A stretch of 64,000 nucleotides of DNA from Candidatus Sumerlaeaceae bacterium. Lineage in GTDB: Bacteria > Sumerlaeota > Sumerlaeia > Sumerlaeales > Sumerlaeaceae. The stretch is taken from the NCBI GenBank assembly GCA_051003195.1, contig JBPCLP010000011.1:1-64000 (forward strand). Direction: 5' to 3'. Below the pieces are notes generated by a model. That model was not told the DNA's origin, ran no database searches, and worked only from the letters and a program-made list of their open reading frames with translations. The position numbers were made by a program, and so were the translations under genes. Positions within the stretch are counted from its first letter, which is position 1; each line of letters begins with the position of its first letter. Positions 9,406 through 19,697 of this stretch are shown here, one piece after another.

Positions 9406-11316
9406 TTACGCTACCGCGGCTTCCCTCTTCTTTGCGCGGATACGCTCCTCGAGATTGAGGAACCGCTTGCGCAGCCGAATGACCCTCGGTGTCACTTCCA
9501 CGAGCTCATCGTCGTTTATGTACTCCAGCGCCTGCTCCAGCGTGAACTCGCGTGGAGGTGTGAGGACGATGTTTTCGTCGCTGCCGGAGGCACGCATGTT
9601 CGACAGCTTCTTCTCTTTAATGATGTTCACAACCATGTCTTCCGGCCGCGCGTTCTCGCCTACGATCATGCCCTGGTAGCACTCGTCTCCCGGACGGACG
9701 AACATCGAGGAGCGATCCTGAAGGTTGTTAATCGAGTAGGAGTTGCACTTGCCGGTTTCCTGAACCACCAGCACGCCTTTGCTGCGCTCAGGGATCGAGC
9801 CCTTCCACGCGTCATACTTTTCAAACTGGTGGCTCATGATTCCCGTGCCGCGGGTTGAATTCAGCAACACCGTACGCAGGCCGATGAGCCCGCGCGTCGG
9901 CACGAGGTACTCGAGACGCACAAGACCAGCACCGTTGTTTATCATGTTCAACATTTCGCCGCGACGCTCACCAAGTTCCTGCATCATGCTGCCGACGTAT
10001 TCTTCCTGTAGATCGAGCGAGAGGTATTCGATTGGCTCGAACAGCTTACCGTTCACCCGGCGAGTAATAACCTTCGGGCGCGAGATCTGCAGTTCGTAAC
10101 CTTCGCGCCGCATGGCTTCGATCAGCACCGCGAGGTGCAATTCGCCACGGCCGCTTACCTTCAGCGCGTCGGTGCCTTCGGTTTCCTGCACGTGCAGGCT
10201 AACGTTCGTTTTCAACTCGCGTTCGAGCCGCTCACGAATCTTTCGGATGGTGACGTACTTGCCATCGCGACCCGCGAAGGGGCTGCTGTTCGCCATGAAG
10301 TTCATGGACAGCGTTGGCTGATCGATTTCGATAAAGGGAATCGGATCTTCCAGGCCCGGTGCTCCCAGCGTGTCGCCTATGTTTGGGTCGCCCAATCCTG
10401 CTATGAGGACGATATCACCAGCGCGTCCCAGCTCCAGTTCCACACGGCGGATGCCTTCGTAACCAAAGACTTTCGTCGCGCGCGATGTCACCTTATGGAC
10501 CGACGCATTATCGGCGGCCTCAGGATTAGCTTCGTCTTCCTCGTGCGCTGGCTCGATACCACGATCAATGCTGCTGGCGCCCGTCCAGACCCGGGTAACC
10601 ATTTGGCCCGGCTTTATTGTTCCGTTAAGAATGCGGCCACACGCCATTTTGCCAAGGTAGTCGTTATACTCCAGCGTCGAAACCTGCATGAGGAATGGCT
10701 CTTCGGGATCGCCGGCCGGCGCAGGGATGTGCTTTATAATCGTCTCGAAGAGCGGGACAAGATTATCGCTGGTGTCCTCAGGCTGATACATCGCGACCCC
10801 ATTGATCGCACTGGCAAAGACAAAGGGGAATTCAATCTGGTTTTCATCGGCGCCGAGCTCGATGAAAAGATCAAGTACCAGGTCAAGCACCTCGGCGGGC
10901 CGTGCGGTCGGGCGGTCAATCTTGTTCACTACCACGATCGGCTTCAGGTGCATTTCCATGCTCTTCTTCAACACGAAACGCGTCTGCGGCATAGGGCCTT
11001 CGCTGGCGTCCACCAGCAGCAGCACCCCGTTTACCATTTTCAGTACGCGCTCCACCTCACCGGCAAAATCCGCGTGACCCGGTGTATCGACAAAATTAAT
11101 CTTCGTATCGCCGTACAGCACGGACGTATTCTTGGCAAAGATAGTGATGCCGCGCTCTTTTTCCTGGTCGTTGCTATCCATGACGCGTTTTTCGACGTGT
11201 TCATTGCTGCGGAAAATGCCACTCTGCTGCAGCACGGCGTCCAGCAGGGTCGTCTTGCCGTGGTCAATGTGTGCGATTATCGCGACGTTTCGTATTTTTT
11301 CGTTCATCTGTGTCAT
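9406..11316 (-). CDS. typA: Translational GTPase TypA/BipA
   Basis: IRNVAIIAHIDHGKTT, DTPGHADF, NKID, GRGELHL, LSNMRASGSDE, DDELVEVTP. Confidence 0.98.
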   Translation of the reverse strand: MTQMNEKIRNVAIIAHIDHGKTTLLDAVLQQSGIFRSNEHVEKRVMDSNDQEKERGITIFAKNTSVLYGDTKINFVDTPGHADFAGEVERVLKMVNGVLLLVDASEGPMPQTRFVLKKSMEMHLKPIVVVNKIDRPTARPAEVLDLVLDLFIELGADENQIEFPFVFASAINGVAMYQPEDTSDNLVPLFETIIKHIPAPAGDPEEPFLMQVSTLEYNDYLGKMACGRILNGTIKPGQMVTRVWTGASSIDRGIEPAHEEDEANPEAADNASVHKVTSRATKVFGYEGIRRVELELGRAGDIVLIAGLGDPNIGDTLGAPGLEDPIPFIEIDQPTLSMNFMANSSPFAGRDGKYVTIRKIRERLERELKTNVSLHVQETEGTDALKVSGRGELHLAVLIEAMRREGYELQISRPKVITRRVNGKLFEPIEYLSLDLQEEYVGSMMQELGERRGEMLNMINNGAGLVRLEYLVPTRGLIGLRTVLLNSTRGTGIMSHQFEKYDAWKGSIPERSKGVLVVQETGKCNSYSINNLQDRSSMFVRPGDECYQGMIVGENARPEDMVVNIIKEKKLSNMRASGSDENIVLTPPREFTLEQALEYINDDELVEVTPRVIRLRKRFLNLEERIRAKKREAAVA

Positions 11317-11495
11317 CGTTCAATTTGCGCGCGGCAACCGTGCACCGCATCGTGACTCTGAAAGAGAAGATGAGCAGGCCGAATGCCAAGCTGGATAAGG
11401 CCCGTAAGCCCTTTTGTAAGACAACAAACCCTCGATTTCCTTCAGCCAATGCAGGATTTAGGTAAGATAAGGAAAATGAGTGACAAACATATCGA

Positions 11496-13286
11496 ATGGG
11501 CAAATCCGAGACTGTGGAACTGAATGACGCCATGGTCGCCAGCACCAGCCAATCTGATAATAATCAGTCAAAAGGTGGAGGAGGCGTAGCTGAGCGCTCT
11601 CAATGGTTTGTCAGCCCAAGACTGGCGCTACTGGCCCTGATACTCGCACCCCTGGTGCTTTATCTACCCGCCATCGGTGGGGAATTCCTGTGGGACGATT
11701 TTGATTATATCTCACAGAGCCGTACCATCCGCTCTCCGGACGGCTTATGGAACATCTTCTTTAACCCGCGATCACTGCCATTTCCATACGGAACACAGTA
11801 CTACCCGCTCGTCTACGGCAGCTTCTGGCTGGAATACCGGGTATGGAAACTTAACCCGGAGGGATACCACCTTGCGAATGTGCTGCTGCATGGTTTGAGC
11901 GCGGTGCTCATTTACTGGCTGCTGCAGCAGTTGCGGGTGCGCGGCGCCTGGCTTTGTGCCGTGCTCTTCGCCATTCACCCCGTGCACGTGGAATCCGTCG
12001 CCTGGATTGTTGAGCGCAAGAACACCTTATCGTTGTTCCTCGCTCTGCTGGCATTGCGATGCTATCTTCCGCTGGCTGGACTGGGAGATCGATCACCGCC
12101 GCCACTATCCCGCGCCCGGACGACAGCTCGCTACCTTGGCGCCCTGTTGCTGTTCGGCGCTTCGCTTCTGGCGAAAACAGTAACTTGCACGCTCCCCGCA
12201 GTTATTCTCGTACTGCAGTACTGGAAACGCGGTACGCTACGCTGGAAAGACTTTGGAGTAATGCTTCCGTTTTTTGCCATCGGACTGCTTGCCGGATTGC
12301 CTACAATTACAGCGGAGCAACATTACGTCGGTGCTTCGGGCAGCGACTTCGACATCCCGCTGCTGAACCGCTTCCTGCTTGCGGGAAGTGCGATTTGGTT
12401 TTACGCCGAGCGACTGCTGGCGCCGTGGCCGCTCTCGTTTTTCTACCATCGCTGGACATTGGACTCCCACTCCACCGTCCAATGGACACTCCTGGTCGCA
12501 GCTCTAGTTACGCCACTCGCACTGTTTCTTGCGCGCAAGCAAATCAGTCGAGGCCCTTTAGCTGCGGTTCTCATATTCGGCGGCGTGCTGTTCCCCGCTC
12601 TCGGTTTTGTAAATGTATTCCCGATGAAGTTCTCGTGGGTTGCCGACCACTTTCAATATCACGCGAGCGTCTCGCTGATTGCTTTGATGGGCGCAGGCAC
12701 ATCCATCGCTATGCATCGCCTGGAAACCACCACGCAGCGAAAGTCCGGAACGTTGTTGGTACCCCTTTGCACCATCTGGCTGGCCATCCTCGGAACCCTC
12801 ACCTGGCAGCGTGCGCATCTGTTCTCCAGCCAGGAGTTGCTGTGGCGCGACACGCTTCGCCATGCACCCCATGCGTGGATTGTGCATCAGAACCTGGCCG
12901 TACTGCTGAGCGGCAAGGGCAACCTGGACGAGGCTGAAACTCACGCGCGTCGTTCCCTCGAGTTGCATCCGGATAACCCTGCGGTCTACCACAACCTCGG
13001 TTCGATGGCGCAGGCTCGGGGAAACCTATCCGAAGCGGAGTCGCATTACCGCAAGGCTATAGAGCTTCAACACGATCTCGGTCCAGCCCTCGTAAATCTT
13101 GGTGCAGTGCTTCTGGTGCAAAACCGACCTGGCGAAGCCGTTACGTCATTCCTGCAGGCAACCCAGGTTCTTCCCAGGGAGCCGAAGGCGTGGCTTGGTC
13201 TCAGTGAGGCGCACAGGCAACTTGGTAAAACCGAGCTTGCCGACCGCCTGCGCATAAAGGCGGATCGGCTGGCGATATCACCATAG
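11496..13286 (+). CDS. Polytopic membrane protein with C-terminal TPR repeats (TMTC-like GT-C glycosyltransferase candidate)
   Basis: FLWDD after first TM, YYPL, HPVHVESVAWIVERKN, ADHFQY, LW...L motif, then about 4 TPRs. Confidence 0.8.
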   Translation: MGKSETVELNDAMVASTSQSDNNQSKGGGGVAERSQWFVSPRLALLALILAPLVLYLPAIGGEFLWDDFDYISQSRTIRSPDGLWNIFFNPRSLPFPYGTQYYPLVYGSFWLEYRVWKLNPEGYHLANVLLHGLSAVLIYWLLQQLRVRGAWLCAVLFAIHPVHVESVAWIVERKNTLSLFLALLALRCYLPLAGLGDRSPPPLSRARTTARYLGALLLFGASLLAKTVTCTLPAVILVLQYWKRGTLRWKDFGVMLPFFAIGLLAGLPTITAEQHYVGASGSDFDIPLLNRFLLAGSAIWFYAERLLAPWPLSFFYHRWTLDSHSTVQWTLLVAALVTPLALFLARKQISRGPLAAVLIFGGVLFPALGFVNVFPMKFSWVADHFQYHASVSLIALMGAGTSIAMHRLETTTQRKSGTLLVPLCTIWLAILGTLTWQRAHLFSSQELLWRDTLRHAPHAWIVHQNLAVLLSGKGNLDEAETHARRSLELHPDNPAVYHNLGSMAQARGNLSEAESHYRKAIELQHDLGPALVNLGAVLLVQNRPGEAVTSFLQATQVLPREPKAWLGLSEAHRQLGKTELADRLRIKADRLAISP

Positions 13287-13461
13287 TGTGCCGTCCCAGA
13301 AGTTCATATCCATACTTCAGGAAGCTTTCCAGCTCGGACGGCACACAAATCCAGTGAACGAATTAATGGGGCAGCACCATAGGACCGAGTCATGTTGCTT
13401 ATGGCCTGCTTGCACGAATAGCCCGAGCCATCTCAAGGTAATGCGTTTTTGCTTCTCTCGT

Positions 13462-13539
13462 GGTGGGTATAGTTCAGTCGGTTAGAACGCCAGATTGTGG
13501 ATCTGGAGGTCGTGGGTTCGAGCCCCACTATCCACCCCA
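13462..13539 (+). tRNA. tRNA-His (GTG) with encoded G-1 and CCA
   Basis: Acceptor G-GTGGGTA/TATCCAC-C-CCA; anticodon arm CCAGA-TT-GTG-GA-TCTGG; T loop GGTTCGAG. Confidence 0.97.
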
Positions 13540-13618
13540 GTCCTCGCATTCGAAATCGAACAGATGCAGGCGCACCTTTGCCGTAACACGTTCCAAACCC
13601 CGCTTGACCGCACGCTTG

Positions 13619-14161
13619 TTACAACTCCACCCCCTCCAACCGACACATACCCCTCGCCTGCTGCGCCTCCAGCGACAACACCTCCGCGCCCGCCGCCTGC
13701 TTGACTTCCCGCCCATCCGGCAGCGTCGCCTCCGGCGCAATCTCCAGTAGCGGGATCAGCACAAACGCGCGTTGCAGCAAACCCGCGTGCGGAATCGTTA
13801 GTCCCTCCTCCTGCACCGCCCGTTCATCGAACAAAAGAACGTCCAGGTCAATCTCTCGTGGACCCCATTTTTCCCGGCGCACGCGCCCAAGCTGTTGCTC
13901 GATACACTTCAGTTCACATAGCAAACGTTTCGGTGATAATCTCGTGCGAAGCTCAACCGCTGCATTTAGAAAATCAGGCTGATCAGTCACACCCCATGCT
14001 GGTGTGCGGTACACAGACGACTTGCGCCGCACGGTCACCTCCGGCACATCACGAAGCAACTCCAGCGCGCTGCGCATGCGCGCCAGCATCTGCGGCTGCG
14101 TGCCGACATTGGCACCCAGCGCGATGTACGCCAGCTGCTGGCCACCAATATCAGTTTTCAT
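13619..14161 (-). CDS. folK: 2-amino-4-hydroxy-6-hydroxymethyldihydropteridine diphosphokinase
   Basis: AYIALGANVG, QPDFLNAA, WGPREIDLDVL, LTIPH...RAFVLIPL. Confidence 0.97.
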   Translation of the reverse strand: MKTDIGGQQLAYIALGANVGTQPQMLARMRSALELLRDVPEVTVRRKSSVYRTPAWGVTDQPDFLNAAVELRTRLSPKRLLCELKCIEQQLGRVRREKWGPREIDLDVLLFDERAVQEEGLTIPHAGLLQRAFVLIPLLEIAPEATLPDGREVKQAAGAEVLSLEAQQARGMCRLEGVEL

Positions 14162-14302
14162 TCAATTCTCATTTGTCCCATAAGTCACATCCTTCCATGC
14201 TTCCCGTCTGACCGATTCTTCCCATCCGTCCAGTCCCATTCCGTAATCACCTACTCTTATCACTTTACAGCATCTTCCACCGATAGCTCCATCGCTCAAT
14301 TC

Positions 14303-14608
14303 ATGAGCCAGAAACCCAAACCACCACAACCGCCGCCGGCTGCAACCCCGCAAGCCAACCCCACCGATGAAATCGCCTGCATGCCGATCGAGAAGTGTTT
14401 CGAGGAACTCGAAACCATCGTCGAGAAACTGGAGAATCAGCAGACCTCCCTGGAACAGAGTATCGCGCTTTTCGAACGTGGCATGAAGCTCAGCAAACGC
14501 TGCTCGACCGAGCTCACCCGAATTGAGAAAAAGATTCACGTGATCCTGGAAAACTCGAAAGGCGACGTCGAGCTAAAGCCATTCGAGGCAGACACGGAAT
14601 CCGAGTAG
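14303..14608 (+). CDS. xseB: Exodeoxyribonuclease VII small subunit
   Basis: ELETIVEKLE...SLEQSIALFERGMKLSKRC. Confidence 0.93.
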   Translation: MSQKPKPPQPPPAATPQANPTDEIACMPIEKCFEELETIVEKLENQQTSLEQSIALFERGMKLSKRCSTELTRIEKKIHVILENSKGDVELKPFEADTESE

Positions 14609-14827
14609 CGGGCGGTACATTGGCCATCAACGTATCCCAACTACAGGATTCACCTGCAAGCACAGCAGCAGCAGTGATGCACCACCATTTAGCTGGCACT
14701 GAAGCTCGGGCAATTCCGGCCCACATTTCCGCTAGAATTCATTGAAGGATTTCCTCTCGCCTCAGCACTTGAATAATCAGGGCTTAAACGCACACTACAC
14801 CTACAAAATACCCGACACGGACGCGTA

Positions 14828-16771
14828 ATGAAGTTTCTCGATCAAATCCAGTGCCCCGCCGATATCCGCGGCTACTCGGTTCAACAATTGAAGGAGCTGG
14901 CCGAAGAAATCCGCCAGGTGATCCTCAACACTGTTTCGCAAAACTCCGCCGGCGGTCACTTAGCATCCAGCCTCGGCGCTGTCGAGTTGACGCTTGCGTT
15001 ACACTATGTCTACAATACTCCCGAGGACAAGCTCATCTGGGACGTCGGGCACCAGGGCTATCCGCACAAGCTGCTGACCGGCCGGTGCGAAAATTTTCAG
15101 ACGCTTCGCAAACGGAATGGCGTGAGCGGGTTTCTGCGACGCAGCGAAAGCCAATACGATGTGTTCGGTGCGGGGCATGCTGGCACCTCCATCAGTGCGG
15201 CCGTGGGAATTGCTAAGGCACGAGACATCAAGGACGAAAACTTTAAGGTGGTTGCCGTCATTGGGGATGGTTCGATGACGTGCGGTCTGCCTTTCGAAGG
15301 TCTCAACAATGCCGGACACACCGACAGCGATCTGCTGGTCATCCTGAACGACAATGAAATGTCGATCAGTGGCAACGTGGGTGCTCTTTCTAAATACTTC
15401 AACCAGATCGTCCAGAGCGAGTTCTACAACAAGCGCAAGCAGGAGGCCATCGGTCTCATCGGTAAAGCGCCGTTGGGAGACAAGGTCCTCAGGATCGTGC
15501 ACCGCCTGGAAGAAAGTGCGAAAGGTCTGATTCTGCCATCCATCTTCTTCGAGGATCTCGGGTTTCGCTACATGGGGCCCGTAGATGGTCACAACCTCGA
15601 CGAACTCGTTTCCACGCTAAACAATATCCGCGGACTTAAAGGTCCGATCCTGCTGCACGCCATCACGCAAAAGGGCAAAGGCTATAAGCTGGCCGAGGGC
15701 GATGCGATCTTCTGGCATGCTCCACCGAATTTCGATGTCGAGAGCGGCGAGTACAAAAAATCGAGCGCCATCTCCTTCACGCATGTTTACGGCGACACAC
15801 TTGTGCAACTGGCTGAGGAAGACAACAGCGTGGTCGCGATCACCGCCGCGATGGCCACTGGTACCGGTCTCGTCAAATTCAGTGAGAAATTCCCCAGTCG
15901 CTTCATCGACGTGGGAATTGCCGAAGCGCACGCGGTAACCAGTGCGGCCGGCATGGCGCTTGAAGGTATGCGTCCCTTCGTTACCATCTACTCCACGTTC
16001 CTTCAGCGCGCATATGACAGCATCATGCACGACGTTGCGTTGCAGAACGTTCCCGTCATCTTTGCAATGGATCGCGCCGGGCTTGTGGGCTTCGACGGTC
16101 CGACCCATCACGGCCTGCTCGACATCGCGTACATGCGCATCATCCCCAACATGGTGGTCATGGCTCCGAAGGATGAAGGTGAGTTGCGAGATATGATGCT
16201 TACCGCCAAGAATTACACCCAGGGCCCAATTGCTTTCCGATATCCACGCGCCGGCGTGACCGGTGCCGATATTACGCGTGCGCCGCAGGAGATAGCCATC
16301 GGCAAGGCCGAGGTCATCCGGCACACAGCCAGCGCGGTTGCTATTCTCAGCTATGGTCATGTGTACACGAATGTAATGAAAGCCTGCGAGACACTCACAA
16401 CCGAAGGCATTGAGCCGGCCGTCATCAACGCCCGTTTCGTGAAGCCACTCGACGTTGAAATGATCCGCGAAGTTGCCATTCGTTACCCTATTCTGATCTC
16501 CGTGGAAGACGGTGCGGCAACGGGCGGGTTCGGCAGCGCTGTCAACGAGGCTCTCGTGGCGCAGGGGTTGCCTGGCCACTGTATCATTCTGGGCACGCCG
16601 GACTTCTTCATCGAGCACGGCGATCAGCCTTCTCAGCAGGACGAGGCCGGGATATCACCTGCCAAAATCGCCGAGCGCGTACGCGAAGCGCTGAACCGCT
16701 ATGAGCACCCTGAGCCGGAAATTCAGCATGCTGCAGTAAGTTTAAAGGAACCCAGCAAGTCGCACGCTTAA
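14828..16771 (+). CDS. dxs: 1-deoxy-D-xylulose-5-phosphate synthase
   Basis: GGHLASSLG, WDVGHQ, IGDGSMT...LNDN, DRAGLVGFDGPTH. Confidence 0.99.
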   Translation: MKFLDQIQCPADIRGYSVQQLKELAEEIRQVILNTVSQNSAGGHLASSLGAVELTLALHYVYNTPEDKLIWDVGHQGYPHKLLTGRCENFQTLRKRNGVSGFLRRSESQYDVFGAGHAGTSISAAVGIAKARDIKDENFKVVAVIGDGSMTCGLPFEGLNNAGHTDSDLLVILNDNEMSISGNVGALSKYFNQIVQSEFYNKRKQEAIGLIGKAPLGDKVLRIVHRLEESAKGLILPSIFFEDLGFRYMGPVDGHNLDELVSTLNNIRGLKGPILLHAITQKGKGYKLAEGDAIFWHAPPNFDVESGEYKKSSAISFTHVYGDTLVQLAEEDNSVVAITAAMATGTGLVKFSEKFPSRFIDVGIAEAHAVTSAAGMALEGMRPFVTIYSTFLQRAYDSIMHDVALQNVPVIFAMDRAGLVGFDGPTHHGLLDIAYMRIIPNMVVMAPKDEGELRDMMLTAKNYTQGPIAFRYPRAGVTGADITRAPQEIAIGKAEVIRHTASAVAILSYGHVYTNVMKACETLTTEGIEPAVINARFVKPLDVEMIREVAIRYPILISVEDGAATGGFGSAVNEALVAQGLPGHCIILGTPDFFIEHGDQPSQQDEAGISPAKIAERVREALNRYEHPEPEIQHAAVSLKEPSKSHA

Positions 16772-16820
16772 CCCCGTTCGCCGTACAGCCCCGTTCGCAG
16801 TACAGGCTTTAGCCTGGGCT
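16772..16820. repeat. REP-like short palindrome with direct repeat
   Basis: CCCCGTTCGCCGTACAG / CCCCGTTCGCAGTACAG followed by CAGGCTTTAGCCTG hairpin. Confidence 0.4.
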
Positions 16821-16953
16821 AACCAAAACGATCAATAAAGGAATCCTGATAAAAAATAGTTTGAGCCGAAATCCGTGGAGGAAAGTTTACCTCAAGTCTC
16901 TGCCAGTTGCCCTTGCACAGCAGGCATAAGCCCTGCTGCACATTGCCGAAGTT

Positions 16954-19038
16954 ATGAACGAGTTTCTTTATGACCTTGGTGAGTCTCTGCAAAACTTTGG
17001 GACTGGCGGATATCTGATCGTCTCATTGATCGTGCTGCTTGAGACGGCTGTAGTGATTGGCCAGTTTGTGCCGGGGACGTTCTTCCTGGCGTTCGTGGGG
17101 TTCCTCTGCTTTGCGCAGGTGTTCGACTTCAGCAGCATGCTGCTCTCGATCTTCGTCACGCACTACCTCGGCGAGATCGGCAACTACACTCTGGGGCGTA
17201 CTAAAGGTCGCGCCATTTTCCAGGCCGACAGCAGGTTTTTCAGACCCCGCTTTCTGAATGCTGCCGAAGCGCGATTTAAGAAGAGCGGCGCAAAAATCCT
17301 GGTCTTCGGACAATTCATCGGCCTGTTGCGCCCATTCTTCTCGTTGGCCGCCGGCGCTACGCACTACCCGCTGGTCCGCTTCCTGCCGTTCATGGCTATC
17401 GGTGCATTTCTGTGGTCACTCGTCCCACTCACCATTGGGTTCCTGGCAGGCGCAAGCTGGGAAAAAGCGGTCAAGTACCTCGAGAACTTTTCATTGGTGC
17501 TGCTCGTCGGTATTCCCCTGGCGCTGTTCGCGGCATGGGTTATTAAGCGTATCGTTGGTTATAGCGCCGATATTGGCAGCCTGATTGAACGCAGCTCCAA
17601 AAATGTGAGGACGTCCGAACGCTACCAGCGGCTTGCAACGCGCCACCCGGCGATGTTCGGCTTCTTCGAGAATCGTCTATCCTTATCGCGGCCCTGGGGT
17701 TTGAAGGCCAGCATGCTTTTGCTGGGTGCGGGCTGCTGCTTCACATTCGCACTGATGATTCTCGCGGACATCAAGACGAACGACAACTGGAAGTTCTTCG
17801 ATCTGGCTGCAGTCAATCTACTCGCGCAGTTGCGCACCCCCGTGGCAGATACCGTGTTCCTGTACATCACCCATCTTGGCAGCGCAGCCGTGGTATTAGC
17901 CATTCTTGCGATTGCCTGCGCCCTGTGCCTGCACGCGCGCCAGCAGAAAAGCTGCGTGGTGATCGCCGCCTCCGTTCTTCTTGGCATCATGTTTTCGCAG
18001 ATGTTAAAGTTTGGTTACGGGCGCGAGCGGCCTGACATCACGGTCCGGATTATCGACGCGGCCGGTTTCAGCTTTCCGAGCGGCCACTCCACCGTAGCCA
18101 TTTCGCTGTTTGGTGCATTGTACTACTGGCTATGGAACCACCCGGGTAAACTCCGTTTGCGCGTCGGGCTGGCGTTTACTCTGCTGCTGCTCGCGTTCCT
18201 GGTGGGCTTCAGCAGGATGTATCTCGGTGTGCATTACCCGAGCGATGTGACTGCCGGTTTTGCGCTGGGCAGTTCGGCTGCACTGTTGGCGGTGGCGATC
18301 GGAACAAACGCACCTCGGCTGATCGATATTCCCCGCCGGGCCGACATCGCGATGCTCGCGCTCCTGCTAATCCATTTTGGCGCTGCCGTCCTGTATGCAC
18401 GCATTCATCCGACGCGCCCTCCTGCAACGTTCGTGGAATCAAAGCGAATGAAGCGTGTGAATACACTGGACGAAGTGCTGACTCGGCTGCCCAGGGAAGT
18501 ACGTAGTCTCGCCAGCGAAAGGCTTCTACCGGTTAATATTGTAGCGCTGGGACCCATTACCAGTGTCACCGCTGAATTGCATAAGCAGGGCTGGCGTAGA
18601 AACGCACCCACCGACTTCTTCACGCGACGCATTGCGTCTCCGGTCTTTCCTGCGTTTGTCGACTCAAAACCCGCCGAAGTCGCGATGGAGAAGGGAACCT
18701 CTTCCACGCGATTGATTGCCAGGTTCTGGCCAGTCGATTTCATGGTCACGTCGGCACCGGTATACCTCGGCTCTGTAAGCGAGGAATCGCTCCAGAAGAA
18801 GTTCCGCTCGCTTCAGGTCTATCGCATCTCGCATGATGTCGACCTCGCGCGAGACGCTTTTGCGAAAGAGCTGCCACAACTTGCACCGACTCTACTGGAG
18901 GGGTTCCGACCGCGCGGGCTTTATCAGTGGAAGTACCCGTTCTTCACTTTGGGCGGTGCTCTATCGCTGGATCTTACAACCACAGCGTCCGGTTCAAATC
19001 GCATTGACAGGTCTAACCCACCAGATAGCCAGTCCTGA
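16954..19038 (+). CDS. DedA + PAP2 phosphatase fusion with LssY-like C-terminal domain
   Basis: DedA (LET...VPG, GQFIGLLR); PAP2 (K...RERP, FPSGHS, SRMYLGVHYPSDV); soluble C-terminal domain ending H....DVDLARD. Confidence 0.88.
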   Translation: MNEFLYDLGESLQNFGTGGYLIVSLIVLLETAVVIGQFVPGTFFLAFVGFLCFAQVFDFSSMLLSIFVTHYLGEIGNYTLGRTKGRAIFQADSRFFRPRFLNAAEARFKKSGAKILVFGQFIGLLRPFFSLAAGATHYPLVRFLPFMAIGAFLWSLVPLTIGFLAGASWEKAVKYLENFSLVLLVGIPLALFAAWVIKRIVGYSADIGSLIERSSKNVRTSERYQRLATRHPAMFGFFENRLSLSRPWGLKASMLLLGAGCCFTFALMILADIKTNDNWKFFDLAAVNLLAQLRTPVADTVFLYITHLGSAAVVLAILAIACALCLHARQQKSCVVIAASVLLGIMFSQMLKFGYGRERPDITVRIIDAAGFSFPSGHSTVAISLFGALYYWLWNHPGKLRLRVGLAFTLLLLAFLVGFSRMYLGVHYPSDVTAGFALGSSAALLAVAIGTNAPRLIDIPRRADIAMLALLLIHFGAAVLYARIHPTRPPATFVESKRMKRVNTLDEVLTRLPREVRSLASERLLPVNIVALGPITSVTAELHKQGWRRNAPTDFFTRRIASPVFPAFVDSKPAEVAMEKGTSSTRLIARFWPVDFMVTSAPVYLGSVSEESLQKKFRSLQVYRISHDVDLARDAFAKELPQLAPTLLEGFRPRGLYQWKYPFFTLGGALSLDLTTTASGSNRIDRSNPPDSQS

Positions 19039-19697
19039 TGTTCGATGACCTGCAGATTGCTCCGCACCAGCTGCTGAGCATTCCGGTGTTCCTTCTGTCG
19101 CTTACGGTGCATGAGTTTGCTCACGCGCTTGTGGCGACACAGGGTGGTGATGACACTCCGCGCCTGCAGGGACGCCTGACGCTCAACCCAGGCCCGCACA
19201 TTGACCTCTTCGGAACAATCATTATCCCACTAATCAACCTTTTCAGTTCGATTCCTCTTATCGGATGGGCCAAGCCGGTACAGGTTAATCCCGCCCGCTT
19301 CAAAAACCAGCTTTGGATGGTATGGGTCGCGATCGCCGGTCCCATATCGAATGTGTTACTGGCTGTGCTTGCGGCGATTCTGCTTAAGCTCGGTACGATC
19401 ATCATGGGCAAGGATCTGCCCGAAGCGGCGCAGATACTCGGCTTCATGTTTATTTTGATCAACATCAGCCTGGCGATTTTCAATATGCTGCCAATTCCGC
19501 CACTCGACGGAAGCCGCGTGCTGTTCCACTTCGGGATCAACGGGCGACCGTCGCTGTATCCGGCCTGGGAAGCATTTGAGCGGTACAGCATCTTCGTTCT
19601 CTATTTTATCATCATTGCCACACCGACCAGCAGGGCTTTGCTTATGTTAATGCAGTTACTGACAACTGGCCTTTTATGGCTGTTCGGATTGAATTGA
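19038..19697 (+). CDS. Site-2 protease (M50) family
   Basis: HEFAH, AGPISN, NMLPIPPLDG. Confidence 0.95.
   Translation: MFDDLQIAPHQLLSIPVFLLSLTVHEFAHALVATQGGDDTPRLQGRLTLNPGPHIDLFGTIIIPLINLFSSIPLIGWAKPVQVNPARFKNQLWMVWVAIAGPISNVLLAVLAAILLKLGTIIMGKDLPEAAQILGFMFILINISLAIFNMLPIPPLDGSRVLFHFGINGRPSLYPAWEAFERYSIFVLYFIIIATPTSRALLMLMQLLTTGLLWLFGLN

Noticed and set aside
13462..14161. Integrated element at tRNA-His
   Set aside because: Directly followed by folK; no integrase or duplicated tRNA 3' end seen
14162..14302. Pyrimidine-rich folK-xseB intergenic tract with GTCCCAT-like words
   Set aside because: No clear periodicity or second copy; consistent with an ordinary divergent promoter region
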